Origin: Candidatus Norongarragalina meridionalis
GTDB taxonomy: Archaea > Micrarchaeota > Micrarchaeia > Norongarragalinales > Norongarragalinaceae
Assembly (NCBI GenBank): GCA_902384935.1
Contig: CABMDO010000019.1
Coordinates: forward strand, 31,087-95,086
Length of the DNA stretch: 64,000 nt
Direction: 5' to 3'
Shown here in pieces: positions 8,353 through 14,889 of this stretch (position 1 is its first letter; each line of letters begins with the position of its first letter). Under the pieces are notes generated by a model that saw only the letters and a list, made by a program, of their open reading frames with translations, was not told the origin of the DNA and searched no databases. The translations under genes and the position numbers were made by a program.

Positions 8353-9387
8353 ATGAAGATAACGAAAGGCCACATAATCTACGGGTTCACGGTTTTCATC
8401 ATACTGGCGTTCGTGCTTGAGACGTTCGTCGTGGTGATGTGGAAGCCCGCCGAAACCGCGGCGACCCCGACGCCGTCGCCGCAGGTGCAGACGTTCGAGG
8501 GAACGGGTTTCGCCAAGGCGAAGATACTTTCCCTCGGCGGAACGCTGTTCGTGTTCTGCAATTCTACGCAGGACGCGGCTCCGCTCGTCAAGGATGTGCC
8601 GGGAGTTTCGCGCGTGTTCGCGACGGGAAATTCCGCCTACCTCGTGACCGCTCCGAACGCCACGCCGTACCTGGCGGCGGCGATAGACGGCGCGCTGGCG
8701 GGAATATGCGACGCGGTGGTTCTGCGCTCGTCGCACCTCGAATTCAAGGAAACGGCTACGCTTGCCGCGTCCTCCGGAAACGGGACGAAGATGCTGGCTA
8801 CCAAGGAACTGGACTACTTGCAGAGCGCCTTCCCGCCTTACGTTGACGCGGGGCATGTCGAGGGCGACAACGTAACGATGAAGGTTTACCTTTCGATAAA
8901 CGACGCCGGCGGGCTCAGCGTATCGATCGAGGAACAGAGGAGCGCCTTCGAATATAGGTTCGAGGGCGGCGGGTTCGCAACCGCCAAGATAGCGGAATTG
9001 AAGAACGAGCTTTACGTCAAGTGCAACGCAACTGATGCCGAGGGAAGGGCGGGCAACGTCAGCGGCGTGAAGAACGTCACGCGCTTCGACGAGCAGACGC
9101 TCTTCGTTGATTTCGAAGGAAACGCCACGGCGGTTGCGCAGGGCATCGCGAGCGCGCTGCCTGACTGCGCGCCGAAGGTGCTTAGGAGCGCCGCGTTCGA
9201 CTTTACCGACAGCGTGACGATTGCGTCCGAGAACAACGACACCCGCACGGTCCTCGGTTCGGACCTGGCGGGCGCCACGGGATTCGTCGCACCCGAACAC
9301 GCGGTAAACGAAACAGTGCTGCTTAGCGTGCGGCTCCAGATGAGCGGAGCAACCATACTGGGGACCGCGATACAGGAGGTAGGTTGA
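8353..9387 (+). CDS. Membrane-anchored extracytoplasmic protein with internal duplication, rich in N-x-S/T sequons
   Basis: N-terminal TM (FTVFIILAFVLETFVVVMW). Two related modules: FEGTGFAKAKILSLGGTLFVFCNSTQDA...VPGVSRVF and FEGGGFATAKIAELKNELYVKCNATDAE...VSGVKNVTRF. Confidence 0.5.
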   Translation: MKITKGHIIYGFTVFIILAFVLETFVVVMWKPAETAATPTPSPQVQTFEGTGFAKAKILSLGGTLFVFCNSTQDAAPLVKDVPGVSRVFATGNSAYLVTAPNATPYLAAAIDGALAGICDAVVLRSSHLEFKETATLAASSGNGTKMLATKELDYLQSAFPPYVDAGHVEGDNVTMKVYLSINDAGGLSVSIEEQRSAFEYRFEGGGFATAKIAELKNELYVKCNATDAEGRAGNVSGVKNVTRFDEQTLFVDFEGNATAVAQGIASALPDCAPKVLRSAAFDFTDSVTIASENNDTRTVLGSDLAGATGFVAPEHAVNETVLLSVRLQMSGATILGTAIQEVG

Positions 9388-9389
9388 CG

Positions 9390-10067
9390 ATGAAGGAAGG
9401 GGATTTCGCGAAAATCGAATACACGGGAAAAACCGCAGGGCGCGTCTTCGACACGACCGACGCCGAGAAGGCGAAGAAGGCGAACATATTCAACCCGCGC
9501 GCGAAATACGGCGCGGTTCTCGTGCCCGTAGGAAAGGGAGTGGCTGTGAAGGGGTTCGACGAAGCGCTTCTTGCGGCGAATAAGGGCGATTCCAAAACCG
9601 TCAAGCTCACTGCCGACAAGGCGTTCGGGCAGAGGAACGGACAGCTCGTGAAGCTGCTGCCGATGAACTCGTTCAAGCAGCAGAACATCGAGCCGAAACC
9701 CGGCATGGTGCTCGACTTCGACGGCCAGTCGGGCCGCGTACAGAGCGTATCGGGCGGACGCGTAATGGTCGATTTCAACCACGAACTCGCCGGACAGGAA
9801 ATCGAGTACGAATTCAAGGTCGTGGAAGTGTTTGACAAGCCCGAGGACAAGGTTCCGGCGCTTGCGCAGGACCTGGTTCCCGGCGTCAAGGCGTCATTCG
9901 CCGCCGGAACGGTCACGGCGATTGCAGGCGAAGACACGAAAAAGGACACGGAATTCATCGTGAGCAAGATGCGCTTCGTTTCGCAACTCTTCGCTTACGT
10001 GCCCGAGGTTAAGCGCGTCGCGTTCACCGAGGAGTACGCGAAGGAAGGAAAAGACGCAAGCCAATAA
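9390..10067 (+). CDS. FKBP-type peptidyl-prolyl cis-trans isomerase (SlyD-like, with insert-in-flap domain)
   Basis: GDFAKIEYTGKTAGRVFDTT...GFDEALLAANKGDSKTVKL...GRVMVDFNHELAGQEIEYEFKVVEV. The ATG at 9390 lies 12 nt after GGAGGT. Confidence 0.85.
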   Translation: MKEGDFAKIEYTGKTAGRVFDTTDAEKAKKANIFNPRAKYGAVLVPVGKGVAVKGFDEALLAANKGDSKTVKLTADKAFGQRNGQLVKLLPMNSFKQQNIEPKPGMVLDFDGQSGRVQSVSGGRVMVDFNHELAGQEIEYEFKVVEVFDKPEDKVPALAQDLVPGVKASFAAGTVTAIAGEDTKKDTEFIVSKMRFVSQLFAYVPEVKRVAFTEEYAKEGKDASQ

Positions 10068-10953
10068 GGTCCGTTCCCGACTCCAGCACGCGCACCAGAA
10101 TCATCAGCGCCGCAGCCGAAGCCATAGGCGTCTTCAGCGCCGCCGCGAAAAGAATCGCACCGAATCCTTCCTGCAATCCTATGCCCGCGACGCTCAGCGG
10201 GACGAACGAGAGCGCGGTTATCACCGCATTGAACGCCGTGAAAAGAAACAGCGAGCCTACGCTTATTTCCGCTATCCCGAGCGCCTTCGCCAGCAGCATC
10301 CATTCCGCGCCGCGGACAACCGCGCCCGCGGCGCTCATCAGCACGCTCTTCGCCAGAACGCGCTTCGCAACGCCTTTCTCGAAAACGGTTTCGTAGGCGG
10401 ACGACAGGCGGCCGCCGGAGGGAAGGAGGCGCAGTATTTTAGTTACAAAAACGCTTCTGCGCCAGCACGCCCACAAAACCGCGACTGAAAGCAGGAAAAG
10501 GAAAGCGCCCGCATAAAGAACCTCCTGCGAATGCAGTTCGGATACGAGAAGAAGCGCAGCCGCTACGGCGAGAAACCCGCGCACGAGGAAATCGCTTGCC
10601 AGCGAGATTCCAAGCACGCGACCGCCCACGCGCTTCTGCTGCAAACCCAGGTCTTGCGCCTTGAGCGCGACGAGCACGTATCCCGCACGCCCAGGCGTGT
10701 AATCGCTGAGCGCCATCCCGCCCATGTGCAGCCAGAACGCGCGGCTGAAGGAAACGTGCTTTCCCGAGAATTTTTCCGCGAGCCAGCGCAGCCGCCACGC
10801 GCTTACGACGTTGAGCAGGAGGTAGAACGCAATTGCGACGGGAATCCACAGCCAGTCGACTCCGTTGAACGCCGAGGAGAAATCGAAGGAATTCACGAAG
10901 AATACTGCGAGCGCGACTGCGACGACTATGTTCAGCGCGACGAGGGGGCGCAT
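10024..10953 (-). CDS. Flippase-like / lysyl-PG-synthase TM-region family (UPF0104) membrane protein
   Basis: About 8 predicted TM helices; ...SDYTPGRAGYVL... resembles the UPF0104 core. The 3-prime end overlaps the FKBP 3-prime end by 44 nt (convergent). Confidence 0.55.
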   Translation of the reverse strand: MRPLVALNIVVAVALAVFFVNSFDFSSAFNGVDWLWIPVAIAFYLLLNVVSAWRLRWLAEKFSGKHVSFSRAFWLHMGGMALSDYTPGRAGYVLVALKAQDLGLQQKRVGGRVLGISLASDFLVRGFLAVAAALLLVSELHSQEVLYAGAFLFLLSVAVLWACWRRSVFVTKILRLLPSGGRLSSAYETVFEKGVAKRVLAKSVLMSAAGAVVRGAEWMLLAKALGIAEISVGSLFLFTAFNAVITALSFVPLSVAGIGLQEGFGAILFAAALKTPMASAAALMILVRVLESGTDLIGLRLFLPSRTPR

Positions 10954-11039
10954 GAGAAAGGTTTCGGCAAGATGCTTAAATACCTGCGCTCACCAAAATA
11001 AGTTCCTGACTTGACGCATGCCGTGCATGCGTCGAACAA

Positions 11040-11111
11040 GGGCCGGTAGATCAACGGTAGATCGCATGCTCCGCAAGCATGAGGCTACGGGTTCAAATCC
11101 CGTCCGGTCCA
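11040..11111 (+). tRNA. tRNA-Ala (anticodon CGC), no encoded CCA
   Basis: Hand-folded cloverleaf. Acceptor GGGCCGG/CCGGTCC with the G3:U70 alanine identity pair. D arm GATC-AACGGTA-GATC. Anticodon stem CATGC/GCATG with loop TCCGCAA. T arm ACGGG-TTCAAAT-CCCGT. Discriminator A. Confidence 0.8.
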
Positions 11112-11130
11112 TACAGCCTCTTTTTACGCA

Positions 11131-11139
11131 ATATATTTA
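11131..11139 (+). promoter_or_regulatory. TATA-box-like element upstream of tRNA-Leu
   Basis: ATATATTTA lies 27-35 nt upstream of the tRNA 5-prime end (11166), the usual archaeal TATA-to-TSS spacing. Confidence 0.4.
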
Positions 11140-11165
11140 TGCTGCGGGAGTGAAACTAATTCCGT

Positions 11166-11285
11166 GCAGGGGTAGCAAAGCCTGGTCAAATGCGATGGAC
11201 TCAAGGTCGTTGACCGGGTAACGCCGGGCTCCGGTGCGTTATCCATTCCCTCAGGGGTTCGAGAGTTCGAATCTCTCCCCCTGCA
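11166..11285 (+). tRNA. tRNA-Leu (anticodon CAA) with a 35-nt intron at the canonical 37/38 position
   Basis: Acceptor GCAGGGG/CCCCTGC. D region GCAAAGCCTGGTCAAATGC (class II tRNA-Leu-like). Anticodon stem ATGGA...TCCAT is interrupted after CTCAAG. Long variable arm TCCCTCAGGGGTTC. T arm GAGAG-TTCGAAT-CTCTC. Discriminator A. Confidence 0.8.
11206..11240 (+). other. tRNA-Leu intron (GTCGTTGACCGGGTAACGCCGGGCTCCGGTGCGTT)
   Basis: This is the segment that must be removed to join the CTCAAG and A halves of the anticodon loop. The boundary is ambiguous by 1 nt (G|G). Confidence 0.7.
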
Positions 11286-11315
11286 CTTTTTATTCCGATA
11301 GCTCCTAGCATAGTC

Positions 11316-11639
11316 ATGCCCGAAATTCGGAAGGTGGAGCCGAAGAGCGCGTTCAAGGTTTTCGCGCTTACCGGCGGACTGCTCGGGCTACTGTACGCAC
11401 TGTTCGCAATCGCGGTGATGGAAATCCTGATGCAAACAGGCGGGGTCTACACGAGCCTGCGCGGGTTCGATCTCGCGCTCGGCGTCGGCGCTATCGTGCT
11501 GTTCCCGCTTGCAGTAGGCGGGGCGTTCGGGCTTATCGGTTTCATCGGCGCAATCGCCTACAATTTCTCCGCGAAAAAGGTGGGCGGCTTGCGCGTCCAC
11601 ACGGAAATAATCGAAGCGCCCAGAAAGGCGAGGAAATGA
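11316..11639 (+). CDS. Small membrane protein (3 TM helices), unknown function
   Basis: Gly/Ala/Leu-rich hydrophobic helices. The stop overlaps the gltX start (ATGA). Confidence 0.5.
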   Translation: MPEIRKVEPKSAFKVFALTGGLLGLLYALFAIAVMEILMQTGGVYTSLRGFDLALGVGAIVLFPLAVGGAFGLIGFIGAIAYNFSAKKVGGLRVHTEIIEAPRKARK

Positions 11640-13291
11640 AGGACGTAATTCTCAAATACGCGCTGAAGAACGCCTACGACTACGGGCGCGCCAACGCGGG
11701 CGCGGTTGCGGGCAAAGTCATAGCGGAAGCGCCTGAAGCGAAGAAGGACATGAAGAAAACCATGGCGGAGATAACGTCAGTAATCGCCGACGTCAACAAA
11801 ATGAAAAAAGCGGACATCGAGAAGGCACTTGCGAAATACACGTTTGCGGAAAAGAAGGAGGAAGAGAAGGGCATTACTCTCGAAGGCGCCGAACGCGGGC
11901 GCGTAGTAACCCGCTTCCTTCCCGAGCCCAACGGGTTCCTGCACCTCGGGCACGCGAAAGCCGCGCTTCTTTCCTACGAAGCCGCGAAGGAATATTCGGG
12001 AAAGTGCCTGCTGCGCTTCGACGACACCAATCCCGAAAAGGAGGAAACGGAATACGTCAAGGCGATTCAAGATGACCTGAAATGGCTGGGCTTGACTTTC
12101 TCGGACGTGCGCTTCACCTCGGACAGGATGACGGAGCTTTACGAAAAAGCCGAGCAGTTGATCGCGCAGGGAGACGCTTATGTTTGCGAGTGCCCGCAGG
12201 AAAAGATAAAGGCGGACCGCGAGGCGAAACGCGGATGCAAATGCCGCGAACGCAAGGACAGCGCGGTTGTCTGGAAGAATATGCCTAAAATGAAAGAGGG
12301 CTCCGCGATTCTGCGTCTGAAGGGCTGCGTGGATGCCGAGAACACGGTTATGCGCGACCCCACGCTGTTCCGCATAATGGACGCTAAGCATTACCGGCAG
12401 GGCACGAAATACCGCGTCTGGCCTACTTACGATTTCGAGGTCAGCATTTCGGACTCGCTGGACGGCGTGACGCACGCGTTCCGTTCGAAGGAGTACGAAC
12501 TCCGCGACGAACTTTACTATTACATCGTGGACAAGCTGAAAATGCGCAAGCCACTGATTTACGACTTTTCGCGCCTGAACATACGCGGAAACGTTCTCAG
12601 CAAGCGCCTCATCAAGCCGCTTATTGAGGAAAAGAAGGTAACGGGATGGGACGACCCGAGACTGCTCACGCTGAGGGGACTGAAACGACGGGGAGTAATG
12701 CCTGCGGCGATTCGTTCCTTTGTCCTTTCCTTCGGGCTAAGCAAGGTCGAAAGCAACCCGTCTATCGAGGCATTACTCTCGGAAAACCGAAAAATTCTCG
12801 AACCGACTTCCGAGCATTACTTCTTCATAGGCGAGCCAGTGAAGCTGAAGGTGAAAGGGCTCGTAAAAGAGGTTTCGCTGCGCAAGCATCCGGCGCAGGA
12901 CTTGGGGGAACGACACGTCGCCGTCAAGGAAGAGGTTTGGATCGATGGGAAGGACGCGGCTGCGCTGAAGAAGGGCGAAACGTTCCGGCTGAAGGATTTG
13001 TGCAACGCGAAAATCGTTGCGGTGGGTAAGACGATTGACGCGGAACTTGCAGCCGACGAGATGGTTCCCAAAAAGATACAGTGGGTTTCAGCAATTGAGG
13101 TGAAGCCGGCGGAATTAATGGTGATTGGCGACCTGCTAGTCGGCGACGACTACAACAAGGCGGGTTTGACCATTCGGAAGGGATTCTGCGAGAAGGCGTG
13201 CGAAACCCTGAAAGAAGGCGACGTCGTGCAGTTTGAAAGAATCGGGTACGCGAGGAAGGACGGCGCGAAGCGTTACGTTCTGAGTTGCTGA
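11636..13291 (+). CDS. gltX: Glutamyl-tRNA synthetase (archaeal/eukaryal GlxRS type)
   Basis: RVVTRFLPEPNGFLHLGHAKAALL (HIGH region), LLRFDDTNPEKE, VLSKRL (KMSKS-like); 551 aa. Confidence 0.9.
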   Translation: MKDVILKYALKNAYDYGRANAGAVAGKVIAEAPEAKKDMKKTMAEITSVIADVNKMKKADIEKALAKYTFAEKKEEEKGITLEGAERGRVVTRFLPEPNGFLHLGHAKAALLSYEAAKEYSGKCLLRFDDTNPEKEETEYVKAIQDDLKWLGLTFSDVRFTSDRMTELYEKAEQLIAQGDAYVCECPQEKIKADREAKRGCKCRERKDSAVVWKNMPKMKEGSAILRLKGCVDAENTVMRDPTLFRIMDAKHYRQGTKYRVWPTYDFEVSISDSLDGVTHAFRSKEYELRDELYYYIVDKLKMRKPLIYDFSRLNIRGNVLSKRLIKPLIEEKKVTGWDDPRLLTLRGLKRRGVMPAAIRSFVLSFGLSKVESNPSIEALLSENRKILEPTSEHYFFIGEPVKLKVKGLVKEVSLRKHPAQDLGERHVAVKEEVWIDGKDAAALKKGETFRLKDLCNAKIVAVGKTIDAELAADEMVPKKIQWVSAIEVKPAELMVIGDLLVGDDYNKAGLTIRKGFCEKACETLKEGDVVQFERIGYARKDGAKRYVLSC

Positions 13292-13304
13292 AGGGGGGAT
13301 AACG

Positions 13305-13751
13305 ATGAAGGAAAAGAAGAAGCGGAAGATAACGACGACGCACATAGCGATAGGCATCGTAATCCTGATCCTCCTCGTCCTCGCGGCACCCACGGCATAC
13401 AACTACCTGAATGCGACGTTCGGAGTGAAGGACTGCGGCGCCGACGTCGGATGCTTCAAGGAACGCGCGGGCACGTGCAGCCCCGCAAGAGTCAGGGTAA
13501 CCGAATCCACGCTGGTCGGAAGCGCAACCGCCTACGGCGAAATCCGCGGAATGGACATGGACAAATGCGTGTTCTACGGCAAGATAGAGAACGCGACCGG
13601 CGTGCTCGAAATATTCGCGCAGGAGGACGTGACGTGCCGCTTCTCTAAGGAATCCGACCTGACCGAGCTTCCGAGCCGCGCGTGCACCGGCCCGCTGGCA
13701 AACAAGGTGAACCTCGCGATGCGGTATCTCGGGCTCGGCGTCAAGGAGTAG
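13305..13751 (+). CDS. Membrane-anchored Cys-containing hypothetical protein
   Basis: Lys-rich N-terminus plus TM (IAIGIVILILLVLAAP), then a ~110-aa domain with 6 Cys. Confidence 0.5.
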   Translation: MKEKKKRKITTTHIAIGIVILILLVLAAPTAYNYLNATFGVKDCGADVGCFKERAGTCSPARVRVTESTLVGSATAYGEIRGMDMDKCVFYGKIENATGVLEIFAQEDVTCRFSKESDLTELPSRACTGPLANKVNLAMRYLGLGVKE

Positions 13752-13767
13752 TGCGCGCTCCCAAACC

Positions 13768-13776
13768 TATTTAAAT
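13768..13776 (+). promoter_or_regulatory. TATA-box-like element upstream of the L7Ae-S28e-L24e cluster
   Basis: TATTTAAAT sits in the 100-nt gap before rpl7ae. Confidence 0.4.
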
Positions 13777-13850
13777 CAGGATTGCCCTATTCAGATGCTC
13801 TGTTTTTCGAAGAGCCGATGAATCGTAAAGACGATGAGGTGAAGTGTGTT

Positions 13851-14297
13851 ATGGCGAAAGCGTACGTACTGTTTCAGACTGCCCCGGACGTTCAGGGCAA
13901 GTGCCTCGAAGCGATAGAGGCCGCCCGCAACGGCGGAAAGCTCGCGAAGGGCACGAACGAGACGACCAAGGCGATCGAGCGCGGCGAGGCAAAACTCGTC
14001 GTAATCGCGGAAGATGTTGATCCCGAAGAAGTGGTCATGCACCTGCCGTCGATATGCCAGGAGAAGCGCGTTCCTTTCGCGTACGTCTCCGAAAAGAAGT
14101 CGCTCGGAACCGCCGCCGGACTCGGCGTCGGAACCGCGGCTGTTGCCATTACCTCCGGAGCCGAGGGCTTCGTCAAGGAAGTCGCGGCAAAACTCGCGGG
14201 CGAAAAGAAGGCCGAGGAGAAGCACGCGGGCGCAGAGGGGGAGAAAACAGCGGAGAAGAAACCGCCGAAGAAGCCCAAGCAGGTTAAACCGAAGTAG
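13851..14297 (+). CDS. rpl7ae: Ribosomal protein L7Ae (eL8) with Lys/Glu-rich C-terminal tail
   Basis: [81 protein letters not shown] 13851 is preceded by GAGGTGA (track ORF starts at 13782). Tail is [31 protein letters not shown]. Confidence 0.9.
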   Translation: MAKAYVLFQTAPDVQGKCLEAIEAARNGGKLAKGTNETTKAIERGEAKLVVIAEDVDPEEVVMHLPSICQEKRVPFAYVSEKKSLGTAAGLGVGTAAVAITSGAEGFVKEVAAKLAGEKKAEEKHAGAEGEKTAEKKPPKKPKQVKPK

Positions 14298-14306
14298 GTG
14301 CGCTAA

Positions 14307-14609
14307 ATGGGTGGAATGAAAAAAGTCAAGAGCGTCGAGAAGCAGCAGGACAAGGATGCTGGCTCGAAGCCCGAGGAAAAGAAATCCTACGTCCCGCAGA
14401 GCGACGGCGCGAACGCGCGCATCATCGAGGTTCTCGGAAGAACGGGAGTTTTCGGTGAAATCAAGCAGTGCATGTGCAAGGTGCTTGACGGACGCGACAC
14501 GGGGCACGTCATAAGGCGCAACATCAAGGGACCCGTAAGGGTGGGCGACATCGTGCGTTTGCCGGAAACGGAGCGCGAGGCGAAGCCGCTGAAGACCGGG
14601 AGGAAGTGA
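14307..14609 (+). CDS. rps28e: Ribosomal protein S28e with ~30-aa Lys-rich N-terminal extension
   Basis: Core [57 protein letters not shown]. No in-frame alternative start lies closer to the core. Confidence 0.9.
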   Translation: MGGMKKVKSVEKQQDKDAGSKPEEKKSYVPQSDGANARIIEVLGRTGVFGEIKQCMCKVLDGRDTGHVIRRNIKGPVRVGDIVRLPETEREAKPLKTGRK

Positions 14610-14615
14610 TAAACA

Positions 14616-14882
14616 ATGCCTACCTGTTCATACTGCGGAAAACTCGTTGCCATCGGAACCGGACTGCGCCTGTTCAAGAAGGACGGCACATCCCTCTACT
14701 ACTGTTCGCGCAAGTGCATCCGCAACCACGACTTGGGACGCAACCCGCGCAAGATGAAGTGGACGCAGGAGCCCAAAAAGACGCATCAGGCGGATGCGTC
14801 AAACAAGGCGAAAGCTGCGAAGGCGGAAGCTACTGCTGTGAAGACGCATCATGCGGATGCGTCCAGCAAGCCGAAGAAGTGA
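14616..14882 (+). CDS. rpl24e: Ribosomal protein L24e with repeat-containing C-terminal extension
   Basis: CSYCGKLVAIGTGLRLFKKDGTSLYYCSRKC zinc ribbon. The tail carries the duplicated KTHQADASNKAK / KTHHADASSKPK. Confidence 0.9.
   Translation: MPTCSYCGKLVAIGTGLRLFKKDGTSLYYCSRKCIRNHDLGRNPRKMKWTQEPKKTHQADASNKAKAAKAEATAVKTHHADASSKPKK
14780..14800. repeat. Palindromic hairpin element copy 1 (GACGCATC-AGGCG-GATGCGTC)
   Basis: Perfect 8-bp inverted repeat inside the rpl24e 3-prime region. It is part of the 23-nt direct repeat AAGACGCATCANGCGGATGCGTC. Confidence 0.8.
14843..14863. repeat. Palindromic hairpin element copy 2 (GACGCATC-ATGCG-GATGCGTC)
   Basis: Second copy, 63 nt downstream of copy 1 and 27 nt upstream of the valS ATG. 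Confidence 0.8.
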
Positions 14883-14889
14883 GTGCCGA

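Noticed and set aside
7729-9300. 523-aa minus-strand ORF
   Set aside because: It is antisense to three well-supported plus-strand genes (Alba end, KH protein, surface protein). The translation is extremely Arg/His/Leu-rich with no motifs, which is the typical shadow ORF of a high-GC region.
10024-10067. Convergent CDS overlaps (44 nt FKBP/UPF0104; 26 nt orf126/ispF; 17 nt at 40835-40851) considered as annotation artefacts
   Set aside because: Overlaps at 3-prime ends are fixed by the stop codons of ORFs that are each otherwise well supported. They are therefore real features of a compact genome rather than mis-calls. The 40835..41095 gene itself remains low-confidence.
11018-11221. 67-aa ORF in the track
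   Set aside because: It is entirely explained by the tRNA-Ala and tRNA-Leu genes.
10954-11300. Integrase or mobile element next to the tRNA genes; the same was considered for the low-GC islets at 1.6, 22.7, 47.3, 50.9 and 57.5 kb
   Set aside because: I could see no integrase, transposase or recombinase motifs, and no direct repeats duplicating a tRNA 3-prime end. The islets are reported only as compositional anomalies.
14851-14889. Upstream ATG (14851) for valS, giving MRMRPASRRSECR- extension
   Set aside because: It overlaps the rpl24e coding end and lies inside the palindromic element. The conserved ValRS N-terminus begins right after ATG 14890.
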